In this document: piece by piece, positions 1 to 9,118 of the stretch
How the letters are laid out: the number at the start of each line of letters is the position of its first letter
How positions within the stretch are numbered: the stretch's first letter is position 1
Virus record (IMG/VR): IMGVR_UViG_3300029267_000581
Span: 1 to 64,000 of that record
DNA length: 64,000 nt
Source of the DNA: a virus
Reading direction: 5' to 3' (one strand)
Notes under the pieces: generated by a model
Databases searched by the model: none
Seen by the model: the letters and a program-made list of their open reading frames with translations, nothing else
Told to the model about the DNA's origin: nothing
Made by a program: the position numbers and the translations under genes

Positions 1-22
1 CCCAGGGGTGCGTCGACAAGTT

Positions 23-38
23 GATCTGACTCGGATCG
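23..38. repeat. Degenerate copy of the dispersed GATC-bracketed 16-bp element (GATCTGACTCGGATCG)
   Basis: Two mismatches to the exact 16-mer found at 14100 and 57931. Lies in the non-coding left end. Confidence 0.6.
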
Positions 39-158
39 GCGCGGAGTCTACACGCCAGGGCTCACGCCAGGGCTCACGCCAGGGCTCACGCCAGGGCTCA
101 CGCCAGGGCTCACGCCAGGGCTTACGCCAGGGCTCACGCCAGGGTATAGACTCCGCGC
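39..158. repeat. Perfect 12-bp inverted repeat GCGCGGAGTCTA (39-50) / TAGACTCCGCGC (147-158) bracketing the 12-bp tandem array
   Basis: The two arms are exact reverse complements, read directly from the sequence. Confidence 0.9.
51..144. repeat. Tandem array of about 8 copies of a 12-bp unit CTCACGCCAGGG (first copy partial, one copy CTTACGCCAGGG), with no spacers
   Basis: Direct reading of positions 51-144. Confidence 0.95.
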
Positions 159-159
159 T

Positions 160-179
160 TTCCCTGGAATACCAGGGAA
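160..179. repeat. Palindrome TTCCCTGG-aata-CCAGGGAA (8-bp stem)
   Basis: Direct reading. It shares the CCAGGG core with the 12-bp repeat unit. Confidence 0.85.
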
Positions 180-211
180 GTGAAAGGGTGAGTCACTCCC
201 TCTCACACTGG

Positions 212-262
212 GGATTATGTCCTAAAACACGAGACGGGAAACTTTTTTTGAATATCCTACAT
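212..262 (-). promoter_or_regulatory. Copy P1 of a conserved promoter-like element (minus strand: ATGTAGGATATTCAAAAAAAGTTTCCC-N13-GGACATAA), firing leftward toward the repeat array
   Basis: Same architecture (A-rich tract, GTTTCC(G/C), 13-nt spacer, GGACATA) as the elements at 31.3, 41.5 and 51.1 kb. Confidence 0.45.
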
Positions 263-372
263 CGGCCACAACGCCCATACACGAGCCTACACCGCGGCCG
301 TCGTCGCGCGTTACAAAAACTGTACCAACTTGGACAACTTTTTGATGGGGACTGTCGACCCTAGTAGACTAC

Positions 373-472
373 CAGATCCGGTCTAGTGGAGACAAAAGAC
401 CCCACCATAGACCTCATATTTCTAGCAGGAAACACCGGATCTGGGGTGGGTCAGATCCGGTCAGATCCGGTC
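373..472. repeat. Four copies of a 10-11 bp motif CAGATCCGGT(C): 373-383, 452-461 and 462-472 direct, 434-443 inverted
   Basis: Direct reading. Each copy contains a GATC. Confidence 0.85.
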
Positions 473-485
473 TGGAGACGGCAAC

Positions 486-536
486 AAAAAAAGAGGCCCC
501 CCGGCTGCGCTCCACGAGGGAGACAGCCGGGGGGCC
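486..536 (-). terminator. Rho-independent terminator closing the long leftward structural operon
   Basis: Perfect 13-bp GC-rich stem GGCCCCCCGGCTG (495-507) / CAGCCGGGGGGCC (524-536). It is followed on the minus strand by a run of 7 T (plus-strand A run 486-492) and lies immediately after the stop at 542. Confidence 0.85.
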
Positions 537-541
537 AAGCA

Positions 542-901
542 CTAACGCTTCGTGACGCGGGTCAGACGCAAGGTCGTGGTGACGCCAGCTCCAGACGTGA
601 TTGCCTGGAGGAACGCGGGAGACTTGGAATGCACCTTCACGTCATCCATGCCGATGTCCACATGGGTCAGAGAAAGAGATTCCGCAGCCGCGATTGTCGG
701 GAGGAGCTTGTCCCCCGCATACGTGACCTTGATGGCGGTGCCCTTCGTCATGAGAATGGCGCAAGGGTCTGTGCCTGTATTGTGGATCTCCCAACGCCCC
801 TGCGAAGGAAACTCGAAGACCACCCCGAGGTGGTCAACGGCAAGGGTCCGAGATGGGCCGAGGGTGCGTCGGCTGTAGAGAGTGACTTCATCGCTGATCA
901 T
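542..901 (-). CDS. Small hypothetical protein, paralogue A of a tandem pair at the distal end of the tail-fibre module
   Basis: 119-aa ORF. Clearly homologous by eye to the adjacent 118-aa ORF (shared GRWEIHNTG, THVDIGM-DVK and FLQAIT motifs). Confidence 0.7.
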   Translation of the reverse strand: MISDEVTLYSRRTLGPSRTLAVDHLGVVFEFPSQGRWEIHNTGTDPCAILMTKGTAIKVTYAGDKLLPTIAAAESLSLTHVDIGMDDVKVHSKSPAFLQAITSGAGVTTTLRLTRVTKR

Positions 902-910
902 CGCAACCCC

Positions 911-1267
911 CTACCGCTTCGTCACGAGCGTAAGCCGCAGCTCCGTCGTGAGACCGGCCCCGGTGATTGCCTGGAGGAACCCGTTGGCCTTCTTGTGCTT
1001 CTTGACGTCCTCCATGCCGATGTCCACATGGGTCATGGCGAGATGCTCGGCGGTGGTCATGTCGGGGAGAAGCCTATCGTTGGCAAAGACGACAGAGATG
1101 GTGTCGTCCTTCGTCATGAGGAGAGCGCACGGGTTCGCTCCCGTGTTGTGGATCTCCCAGCGACCTTGCTTGATGAACTCGTGAGCGACACCCGCATCGG
1201 TCACAGTGAGTACAGTGGTCGGTCCAATGGTGCGCCGACCGTAGTTGGTAACCTCGTCACCAATCAT
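911..1267 (-). CDS. Small hypothetical protein, paralogue B of the tandem pair
   Basis: 118-aa ORF with AAAGGAGG upstream of the ATG. Paralogous to 542-901. Confidence 0.7.
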   Translation of the reverse strand: MIGDEVTNYGRRTIGPTTVLTVTDAGVAHEFIKQGRWEIHNTGANPCALLMTKDDTISVVFANDRLLPDMTTAEHLAMTHVDIGMEDVKKHKKANGFLQAITGAGLTTELRLTLVTKR

Positions 1268-1293
1268 GCTTACCTCCTTTGATCGGACACCGA

Positions 1294-2955
1294 TCAGTAG
1301 ACGTGGGATGCCTCACGGATTTGGTATCGGAGCCTGGCGTGCAGAAACCGAACCTCGTCGTCAGACGGATTGATTGCTCCAGTCGCCCCTGGGATAACAG
1401 CGGCGTAGTAGCAATAGTTCTCATTGTCGACGATATGCGCCGAAGCCGGAGCTTCGTCTATCGTCTCGTACTGCGCTCCAGGGAAGTTGTACTGCGTAGG
1501 TGTGTTCAACGCCTCGACGATGCCCGTGAGCGGAATCGACTCATCGAACTGCCGCCTGAACAGCCACAACTCGATGTAGGCGTTCGCGTGCATCCCTGTC
1601 TGGTACAGGTACAGGCGAAGCGAGTGGAGCAGACAACCGTGTGGAAGCCCCGTGAGAGGAATGAACAGGGCATTTGTAGCCCTTGAGCCGGAAAGTGCCC
1701 AGTACCAGGGATAGCGCCATCCGAGGTTGTGCTGGAGGTAGTTCGGAGAGGCTCCGGTGATCTGCGTACCACGAGCGGCTGTTTCAATGCCCAGGTAGAA
1801 GTTGTTGTCGGTTGGGGCATCCCATGGATCGGTATTACCCGGACCAGGCAGCATCCCAGAGGCGTCGATTTGCAGGTACTTGTCGATGGCTACGGGGTTG
1901 TTGTAGCACTCGTCGACAACGTCCGAGTAGATGTACCCCTTGCCAGTAGCGACGTCGATGACATCCCCAGGAGCACCACCAGCGAAGAACCCCTTGGCCC
2001 GGAGCATCTTGAGGATCTGCGAGACAGATAGGGTCGTCGGGTCTTCCTTCGTTGCGGTCAACTGGTCGAAGACTGAGGGACCGGACCCAGGGCGAGCACG
2101 AAGGAAGGTGTCGACGACAGCGCCGACGCCAACGTGCCCGTCACCGAACTGAATCCCACCGAAAGGCTCGAAGCGAGCATCACCAGAGGGATCATAGTCC
2201 CAAGCCCTTGCCAACAGACCACCAGCCCCATTCCTCATCTCGGCCACAATTTGCATGAGACCGAGAATAGCCGTACCAATGTTCTGCGCCCCGTAGTCAG
2301 GCCCGAGGAGCGGTGTCGTCCATGCGAACGGGTCGGGAACAACGAAGTCCGAGAAGTAGTCCGCAACGACGGTGAGCTGGTCAGGCCCAGATGCCGTCTG
2401 GAAAAAGCCGATGTCAATCCATCCGGCGGCGGCTGCAACGGGGTCAGTACGAGCGTCGGTCGTACTCTCTTGCAGCTCCCACTCGTCTTCGTTGGTCGTA
2501 TACACGGATGCCATGTAGTGACCAGCGGTGTCGGAGTAGAAGTGCCGAGACTCGTAGTTGTTGTCCTGTCCACCAGGCACACGACGAGCCTGGATATACC
2601 GGATAGTCGAATACGGAGCCGCGGCAACGACGATACTCTTCGTCTTCGTTGCGTTGGGGCCTGTCAGGCGCTTCCCATCTGATCCGTATACGATTGCCTC
2701 GCGGTCGTACAAACCGTCGTTCCACTCCTGCTCGACCTGGATCGTGAGATTTGTAGCTGGACCAAGAATCGTGCATTGGAACGGAGCGACGAAGAACGGT
2801 CTCTTTGCGAGATCGTCCGCTGGGGTCTCGTAGTAGTCCGTGTTGCCCAGGAGAGTCCCCTGGATATAGTCCATCTGTTCGCTGATGCGGCTGATGAGTC
2901 GAGTCATGTCGATCAAATCGAACCGCTGTTGCGAGGTTACTTTGATTTCGTCCAT
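1294..2955 (-). CDS. Tail fibre / distal baseplate structural protein (candidate)
   Basis: 553-aa ORF downstream of the baseplate genes. Assignment is by position only. Confidence 0.55.
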   Translation of the reverse strand: MDEIKVTSQQRFDLIDMTRLISRISEQMDYIQGTLLGNTDYYETPADDLAKRPFFVAPFQCTILGPATNLTIQVEQEWNDGLYDREAIVYGSDGKRLTGPNATKTKSIVVAAAPYSTIRYIQARRVPGGQDNNYESRHFYSDTAGHYMASVYTTNEDEWELQESTTDARTDPVAAAAGWIDIGFFQTASGPDQLTVVADYFSDFVVPDPFAWTTPLLGPDYGAQNIGTAILGLMQIVAEMRNGAGGLLARAWDYDPSGDARFEPFGGIQFGDGHVGVGAVVDTFLRARPGSGPSVFDQLTATKEDPTTLSVSQILKMLRAKGFFAGGAPGDVIDVATGKGYIYSDVVDECYNNPVAIDKYLQIDASGMLPGPGNTDPWDAPTDNNFYLGIETAARGTQITGASPNYLQHNLGWRYPWYWALSGSRATNALFIPLTGLPHGCLLHSLRLYLYQTGMHANAYIELWLFRRQFDESIPLTGIVEALNTPTQYNFPGAQYETIDEAPASAHIVDNENYCYYAAVIPGATGAINPSDDEVRFLHARLRYQIREASHVY

Positions 2956-2962
2956 GCTTTCC

Positions 2963-4699
2963 TCACAGCAAGCCGTAGTCTAGGAGAAGTACCCCACAGC
3001 CTGCCGCGAGGACTTTGTCCAGCGGAGTCGGCCTTTGGAGCATTGATTTGTACGTATCGTCGACAACCCCAGCAGTGACATACGGCGGGGGGATAGAGCC
3101 AAGAAGGGTGCCCAGGAGCCCCACCTCGGGACCGTAGAGCACAACAGGGAACATCGTGAACGCGCCGCCCTCGGATGGATCGGCAATGTAGTAGTCTCCG
3201 TAAGGAGCGGAGTCGACAGCATCGTCTCTGTAGTACGTGGAAGCGTACAGGCTTTGCTCAAAACCGTCTGGATAGGCGGTATGGTCCAGCCACGTCTCCC
3301 AGCACTCGATGGGCGGATCAGGAGAGACCTCGTCGTGCAGTTGGTCCACGCTGTACCAGATGGCGATGCAACCAGGCCAGCGCGGGTCTTCGTCGACAAT
3401 CACATGCGCCCAGAGACGAGGGAACATATACCGGATTGCGAGCTTCACAGTTTGGACTGTTCCACGCATCGTCACCGATGTATGGAATATCATCCGTCGA
3501 AGACCTGCGTCGTCGAGGCTGGGATTGTCCTCCCGAGGAGAACCTGCGTCCATACCGATGTACTCCAGAGACCGGCCCGAGGCACCGAAAGCGAGGAGAG
3601 CGTACTTTACGCGCTCCACAAACCCGGCACACCAGACGTCAGTGATCTCGTCCCCGGAATCGTGCTGTTGGAGAGGAGAGCGGAGCTGTGATCGCCCACA
3701 GATCACCGCAGTACCGGACACCAGATCGGACTCCTGGTACGCAATGATCTCCTTACCGATACGGATGAGAGACTGCCTTGGTGTGTATACCGCGAGAATA
3801 GTAGCCCCTGCCGGGAGAGGATTCAGGAGCCGAATGAGCCTGTCTTTGCCAGCCATGGGGGCGAACCACTCCGCGCTATCCAGCAGCCCTGTCTCCACAC
3901 CGATAGCCTCTCGGGCGGCAATGTAGAGTTGACATGAAAACGCATGGAACGGAATGCTTGTCCTGTATGTCGTGTTGACACCATCGGACGTGCCCCAGAG
4001 CTTGTCGACGTGACAAGGGATTTCGGCATCCTTGAACGTAAGCGTCGAACCGACCCCCGGTATGGGTGCCCCTGGTAGGGAGAACCCACCAGTACCGAAA
4101 ATCGGCAAGTATGTCGGCGTACCAGGACCGTCGATGCTGACTCCCAGCTTTCCCAACTGGGCACCAGAAACGATGTCGTTTATCTTGCCCACGATAGCCG
4201 CCATACCGTAAGCGAATGGCTGCTTAGAGCTGTTACTGAACTCAACCCTACCAAGTTTGCGAAGCTCTTTCAAAGCCTCGCGGAACCGAAGACCGGCACC
4301 TTCCCAGTACGTCGGGGTGTGTACGTCAACAGACGCAAGAGACAGAGCGTCAGATGTACCAACACCGCTGCCCCCAACGAAAAGGTTACCATCCCAGTCG
4401 ATTAGATTGCCCAGGACGTTCACGGTGACCGTGGGATTGCCCGAGGGTTCGTCGTCGAGGAGAAGGTACAGATGCCGAGGGGCTCCACCAGAACCGGGAG
4501 GCGGGGGTGCGGAGACAGGCTGTTCTTGAGACTCTGGCAAAAGAACCTCAAGAACAGTCCTACCAGTTACGGTGTACTCGGCAGTGTTCAACAGATCGGA
4601 GTTGACAGCCATTGCCCTCGTGGCGAATGTGGCGTCTTCCTCAAAGTTGATGCGAACAACGTGAGAGGAGACCTGTTCAACGCTTGCAAGCTGTGTCAT
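2963..4699 (-). CDS. Baseplate- or fibre-associated structural protein (candidate)
   Basis: 578-aa ORF immediately after the baseplate J-like gene. Assignment is by position only. Confidence 0.5.
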   Translation of the reverse strand: MTQLASVEQVSSHVVRINFEEDATFATRAMAVNSDLLNTAEYTVTGRTVLEVLLPESQEQPVSAPPPPGSGGAPRHLYLLLDDEPSGNPTVTVNVLGNLIDWDGNLFVGGSGVGTSDALSLASVDVHTPTYWEGAGLRFREALKELRKLGRVEFSNSSKQPFAYGMAAIVGKINDIVSGAQLGKLGVSIDGPGTPTYLPIFGTGGFSLPGAPIPGVGSTLTFKDAEIPCHVDKLWGTSDGVNTTYRTSIPFHAFSCQLYIAAREAIGVETGLLDSAEWFAPMAGKDRLIRLLNPLPAGATILAVYTPRQSLIRIGKEIIAYQESDLVSGTAVICGRSQLRSPLQQHDSGDEITDVWCAGFVERVKYALLAFGASGRSLEYIGMDAGSPREDNPSLDDAGLRRMIFHTSVTMRGTVQTVKLAIRYMFPRLWAHVIVDEDPRWPGCIAIWYSVDQLHDEVSPDPPIECWETWLDHTAYPDGFEQSLYASTYYRDDAVDSAPYGDYYIADPSEGGAFTMFPVVLYGPEVGLLGTLLGSIPPPYVTAGVVDDTYKSMLQRPTPLDKVLAAGCGVLLLDYGLL

Positions 4700-4707
4700 G
4701 AGACCCC

Positions 4708-6141
4708 CTAGAACGTCAGCGTTCCGTTGCCACGTACAACCCCATAGGGGTGTGTCGGGGCAACGTCGCTAGTGGCTCCGGCGAGAAGCAAGTCATCCAC
4801 CTCGTCGATACCGGGGAGCTGGTGCAGAATCCCGGAGAGACGGTTGTAGCGGGCAGGCTTCCCGATGGGGAGGTCATTCAGGTAAGCTGCCACAGCGTCA
4901 GCCGCGACAGTTCGACCGTAGGCACTATCGAAACCTGACTTGAACGTCAGGGTTGCAGAGACAGTCGGGTTCGTCACAGAGAACGGAGGGCGCACTCGGA
5001 TCGAGTAGCCAACAGGACGCCAACCACGGTTGCTCAGGTCGTCAGGCTCTCCTGTGAGCTTACCGGCTGCGGCCTGTACGAGACCGTCGTAGAAGCTGAA
5101 CTGGCAACGAATCTTCTGAGTGATCGTCAGAGGCGATGCCAAAACGATCTGACCCCGATCACTGTCGACCCAGTAGTCGATGCCCTCTGTCTGAGCCACG
5201 TACCCGGCACCGTTGTCACGTTCAAGTGTCGCATTGACACCGTCGTTCCAAACCTCTAGTGCCTTCTTTGGGAGATCGACATAGAGGACGTTGCCGTTCG
5301 ACTCGTACTCAAACCAGTTTCCTGTGCCGTAGCCGTAGGTTGTGGCGTCGACAGAACCTATGCTCGCAGCCTGTCCTGTACCGTCGTCTATGATTGCGTA
5401 GATTACGCCGACAACAGACGGAGCTGGAGCCGCAAACTCCTCGAAAAGAGCCGCGTGACGAACCCGCTGCCCACCTGTGATTTCCACAGTCGTCAACAGG
5501 TTCTCGATGCCCAGCCAGGTACACTGACCGTGTGCTCGCCTAGCGGCGCGGGCGCGAGTCCGAAGGTTTGCATCAGATTCGCGGTCGTACCCACCAGCAG
5601 ATTCTGATGCGGTGAGGAAGTCAGCGACACCAGCTATGGGCTGCCTGAGTGACAGAGCCGTAGCCGTGGGGATGCCATTGGCTCTGTCACCAGTAGCCAG
5701 AGCAACACCGTACACAAGGTTCGACTCGGCGGCTGTTGCGGGAATCAAGGCCGCCGCCTCCGTTCTGAATGCGATCTCAGACTGGGTAGCCGTCGCTTTG
5801 CGAATGAAGATTGTATCCGGGGGGATACTGATTGCCACCGGCCAGCTCCCGCCGATGGGGCGGAAACGTCCAGACACTCGGGCAGCCGTAGGGGGCTCCC
5901 TGACGGCTTCGTTCTCCATGGCACGCCTGTCGAGTAGGACACCACGGAGACCTTCCAGACTGCCAGCTTTGACAGCGCGGATCATCTCCATGTTGGCACT
6001 CGCGGCGAACATGGACTGCACTACTAGGAACGCTCTCTGAGTTGTACGTGCTGCAAACGGGTATACCACCCCCGTCATGTTGCGGAAGATGGCTTTCCCG
6101 AGAGCAAAGAAGTCTTCGTGAGTCCAAGCTACGAGACGCAT
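4708..6141 (-). CDS. Baseplate J-like wedge protein
   Basis: 477 aa. The segment LDRRAMENEAVREPPTAARVSGRF...ISIPPDTIF resembles the LD..a...G..R..a..A.g.v.f...IP.Gt pattern of the baseplate J family. The position after the gp25-like domain also fits. Confidence 0.6.
   Translation of the reverse strand: MRLVAWTHEDFFALGKAIFRNMTGVVYPFAARTTQRAFLVVQSMFAASANMEMIRAVKAGSLEGLRGVLLDRRAMENEAVREPPTAARVSGRFRPIGGSWPVAISIPPDTIFIRKATATQSEIAFRTEAAALIPATAAESNLVYGVALATGDRANGIPTATALSLRQPIAGVADFLTASESAGGYDRESDANLRTRARAARRAHGQCTWLGIENLLTTVEITGGQRVRHAALFEEFAAPAPSVVGVIYAIIDDGTGQAASIGSVDATTYGYGTGNWFEYESNGNVLYVDLPKKALEVWNDGVNATLERDNGAGYVAQTEGIDYWVDSDRGQIVLASPLTITQKIRCQFSFYDGLVQAAAGKLTGEPDDLSNRGWRPVGYSIRVRPPFSVTNPTVSATLTFKSGFDSAYGRTVAADAVAAYLNDLPIGKPARYNRLSGILHQLPGIDEVDDLLLAGATSDVAPTHPYGVVRGNGTLTF
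5146..5161. repeat. Copy of the dispersed 16-bp element (GATCTGACCCCGATCA, 1 mismatch), inside a coding region
   Basis: Direct reading. Confidence 0.7.
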
Positions 6142-8252
6142 CAGTTTCTCAAAGCTCCTGCGAGAACAACCGTGTCATCGTAGTGCTCGAACTTGACTTT
6201 CGAGGAGTACGTGACGACCGAGCCCTCTTGCTTCACGGACACCCACTCGACAGCGGCGATGCGGGGGTCTTGTTCCAGCCAATTTGAGATGAGACTTTGC
6301 CAGAGTCTCATCGTCGCAGCGCCCCGTGATTTCGTTCCGATTCTCAGCGGGATAACTGCTACCTGATCCGGCGTCACGCCACCGGACCCCTCCAGAACTA
6401 CCGCAAGCTCCTGTTCAAAAGCCTTGACGCCAGAGACCATTGCGAAGTCGTACTCAGCCCAGACGAAGTCGCCTGTGAGAGCATTCACCTCCCAGTCAAT
6501 ACCAAGGAAGAGGTCTTGCAGGGAGACGAGGTCGTGAGTCATCGCGATGTTCAGCAAGTTCTCCACCAGTTCAGCGGGGACCTTGGCATCGGGAGCGGCG
6601 ACGTATATGGTGTCCCCCGGCCCTGCCTGGTAAGGCCCGGACTGAGGGGCAATGTACGGGTAGGTCAACCCGTTGATGAGTGCTATCTCAGGCCAGCGAG
6701 ACCAGAGCCCGAGGAGTTCGGTTGCGATGGAGTAGATGGTGTCTGTGGACTTGACAGTGTACGCACGGAACAGCGGGGCCAGCGTGGTTGGGTCTCGCAT
6801 ACCGAGGACAGCCCTACGGAACGACGACAGCTCTGCTGGTGTACCAGTACCGTCTCCCCGTACCCAACCAGGCAACAGCTTCGCCGCCAGGTAGGACAGA
6901 GGGTGCTGTGACGCCCCTCTCGGTCTCGTGGCCCTCGGAGTCCTGGCACCGTCCACAAACTCAGTGTCACCAGCCAGGAGAGCAGAGGCGAACTCATCTG
7001 ATCGACCGTCGATCAGACTGGCACCACCTGTACGAGAAGTCCTGTGCATGTCAGCCGCCTCTGAAGCGGCGTCGATGCTAGGGGAGAACTCGGGGAGAGG
7101 AGCCAGGTCTGCCGCCATGTGACCGGTGAATACAAGGTCCAATGCGGCTTCAGCCGCCTCGAATACGGAGTCATCCAGAGCAAGCTGGGTAGACTCCCCA
7201 CCGGCTGAACCTGCCTCTGTGAGAGCGTCGTTGACTGAATCAAGGATGCCCTCGGCCCCAGCGTATACACCGAGGATAGCCGTGCGCGTAGGCGGGATGA
7301 TGTACTGCTCCGCAAGGAACGGAACATCAAACTCCTGAGCACTGTTCGGCCTGTTCCTCACAGCCTTCTGGAACTCTTGCCCAAAAGCCATGGAGGCTGG
7401 GTTCTTCAGTGCCTCGTAGGAGGAGGCGGCTGTGTCAGACACAACCTTTGCCCCAAATTCGAGACCTTGGACACCAGCCGACATTGCTGAAATCGACTCC
7501 TGTACCGGATTCATGAATGCGCTGATGAACCCTGTCGACACCTGTGTACCAAGCTGTGATACGAGCAAGATCGACCTGTCGATCAGACGCTTCCAGTTCT
7601 CCGAATTGGCACGAACGGACGCCATGAACTCCCACCAGGGAATCTGCACGGTGTACCGTACAGTCGACAGCACTTGAAGGTCGATGGCAAAGCCGTAACC
7701 CATCGGGCGAGCCGCTGTGCGCGTCTTACGGAAGTTCATAGGAACGACCTGCAAGAACTCGACATCCTTGTGGTTCAGGAACAGCATCGCGACTTCGTGA
7801 GGGCGGTAGCGTACTTCGGCAGCCCACCGAGCGAAGAAGTTATACAGAGCCATCCAGAGTGCATAGCCGTCGTTGTTTCCAAGGACAGCGTCCGCACCAG
7901 GGATGACGTTGGAGACTGCGGAGATCGCGGAGGACACAGAGCTTCCGAAAGCACCGAGGTACTTGTTCAGGTCGCTCCTCTGCGGAAACTGACCGGTAGT
8001 ACCACGGATGGAGATGGTGCCCGTACCAACCTCGTTGACCGAGACGTAGACTCCGTCTGCCTGGTCTGGGTGAACATCGTTCGGAAATGCCAGGTTCGAG
8101 TCTATGTCGGAAGGACCGGGGGCAAACGTGTACTCAAGTATGGGTCTTGAGGCATCTACCACACCGCTCTGGATAGGAACGATGGACAGAGTGTAGATGC
8201 CCGACAGGTAGAACCCTTCCCTGTTTGGCGTGCGATGTTGGATCTGTAGCAT
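6141..8252 (-). CDS. Baseplate protein with a LysM-like segment and a C-terminal gp25/GPW-like domain
   Basis: 703 aa. YTVKSTDTIYSIATELLGLWSRWPEIALINGL...GDTIYV looks LysM-like. The C-terminal WLEQDPRIAAVEWVSVKQEGSVVTYSSKVKF resembles the wEPRi..v.v signature of gp25/GPW. Confidence 0.55.
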   Translation of the reverse strand: MLQIQHRTPNREGFYLSGIYTLSIVPIQSGVVDASRPILEYTFAPGPSDIDSNLAFPNDVHPDQADGVYVSVNEVGTGTISIRGTTGQFPQRSDLNKYLGAFGSSVSSAISAVSNVIPGADAVLGNNDGYALWMALYNFFARWAAEVRYRPHEVAMLFLNHKDVEFLQVVPMNFRKTRTAARPMGYGFAIDLQVLSTVRYTVQIPWWEFMASVRANSENWKRLIDRSILLVSQLGTQVSTGFISAFMNPVQESISAMSAGVQGLEFGAKVVSDTAASSYEALKNPASMAFGQEFQKAVRNRPNSAQEFDVPFLAEQYIIPPTRTAILGVYAGAEGILDSVNDALTEAGSAGGESTQLALDDSVFEAAEAALDLVFTGHMAADLAPLPEFSPSIDAASEAADMHRTSRTGGASLIDGRSDEFASALLAGDTEFVDGARTPRATRPRGASQHPLSYLAAKLLPGWVRGDGTGTPAELSSFRRAVLGMRDPTTLAPLFRAYTVKSTDTIYSIATELLGLWSRWPEIALINGLTYPYIAPQSGPYQAGPGDTIYVAAPDAKVPAELVENLLNIAMTHDLVSLQDLFLGIDWEVNALTGDFVWAEYDFAMVSGVKAFEQELAVVLEGSGGVTPDQVAVIPLRIGTKSRGAATMRLWQSLISNWLEQDPRIAAVEWVSVKQEGSVVTYSSKVKFEHYDDTVVLAGALRN

Positions 8253-8254
8253 CT

Positions 8255-9118
8255 TTACTCCGTCTTGGTCACGTCGGAGAGATTTGTCGCATCCATGTCA
8301 TCCATTGGTACAGGCGACAGCGGTGTGCTGGGTGGAGTCGGCTTGGACGGTCCACCTGTGAAAGCTACCGCAGAAGGCCCGCCGCCAGGGTAGTTCGTAT
8401 ACAGATGCACATGGTTGGCCGGTCCATCAGGGTCGTTGAAATATGCCCTGAAGGTCTCACCGAGAATGACCTTTTCTGCACCGTTACCCATGTCCACACG
8501 AACAGCACCACCATCGTTGAAAACCTTGAGAGCCAGTGTGCCGTCCACGTAGAACTCGACCACCTTATCGTCTGGCACATCAACACGGATGTTGGAATCC
8601 TTGTCGATACGCGCAGTGACTTCGTTGTACTGGACACCCGCACGGGGGCCAGTTGTGGAGTCCTCGGACCACTCGGCAGCATCCTCACCAGCCCGAAGGT
8701 GGTTCAGGCACCCCGAGATGACGGGCCAGTCCCCGTCGACCCAGATGATCGCAACAAGATCACCGTCAGACCCCATGACCTGCTCCCACACCCTGTCAGG
8801 GTCCTCCAAAGAGGGCACATCCTCGGCGGCTGTCAAGCTGACCTCGGATGCGTTGTTGATACCCTGAAACGTGGTCATGAGAGGCACGTTGTGGATGACG
8901 ACGAACTCACGAATGAGCAGGACGTCATACTCAGTGAACATACCGTGAAGGTTGCTTTCAAGCTCCCTACCGGTTTCGTCTTTGTAGTGCTTACCGACTA
9001 CGAGCCCGAGGGTCGGGAGCGCAGGGTAGGCGTTGGCGTCACGAGCACGACGAGCCTGGCTACGTGACAACCATCCCTGCCTACGGAGACCTCCAGGAAG
9101 CCAGTTGCCGTCCATCAT
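8255..9118 (-). CDS. Baseplate central spike (gpV / gp5 OB-fold-like)
   Basis: 287 aa. GDLVAIIWVDGDWPVISGCL resembles the Gd.V.v.f..Gd...p.i.G motif of gpV-type spikes. A beta-rich C-terminus and the position between hub and wedge also fit. Confidence 0.55.
   Translation of the reverse strand: MMDGNWLPGGLRRQGWLSRSQARRARDANAYPALPTLGLVVGKHYKDETGRELESNLHGMFTEYDVLLIREFVVIHNVPLMTTFQGINNASEVSLTAAEDVPSLEDPDRVWEQVMGSDGDLVAIIWVDGDWPVISGCLNHLRAGEDAAEWSEDSTTGPRAGVQYNEVTARIDKDSNIRVDVPDDKVVEFYVDGTLALKVFNDGGAVRVDMGNGAEKVILGETFRAYFNDPDGPANHVHLYTNYPGGGPSAVAFTGGPSKPTPPSTPLSPVPMDDMDATNLSDVTKTE

Noticed and set aside
51-144. Possible CRISPR array
   Set aside because: The units are 12 bp, directly abutting with no spacers, and there are no cas genes. 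It is a simple tandem repeat.
8-364. Plus-strand 118-aa ORF encoding (GSRQ)n tetrapeptide repeats
   Set aside because: It is created by the in-phase 12-bp tandem array. There is no ribosome-binding site, it would be the only plus-strand gene in 64 kb, and the surrounding sequence is full of palindromes typical of non-coding DNA. I treat it as a repeat rather than a gene.
386-1282. Plus-strand 298-aa ORF
   Set aside because: It is antisense to the paralogous pair at 542-1267 and spans the terminator. Its Arg/Gly/Pro-rich composition is typical of shadow frames in GC-rich DNA.
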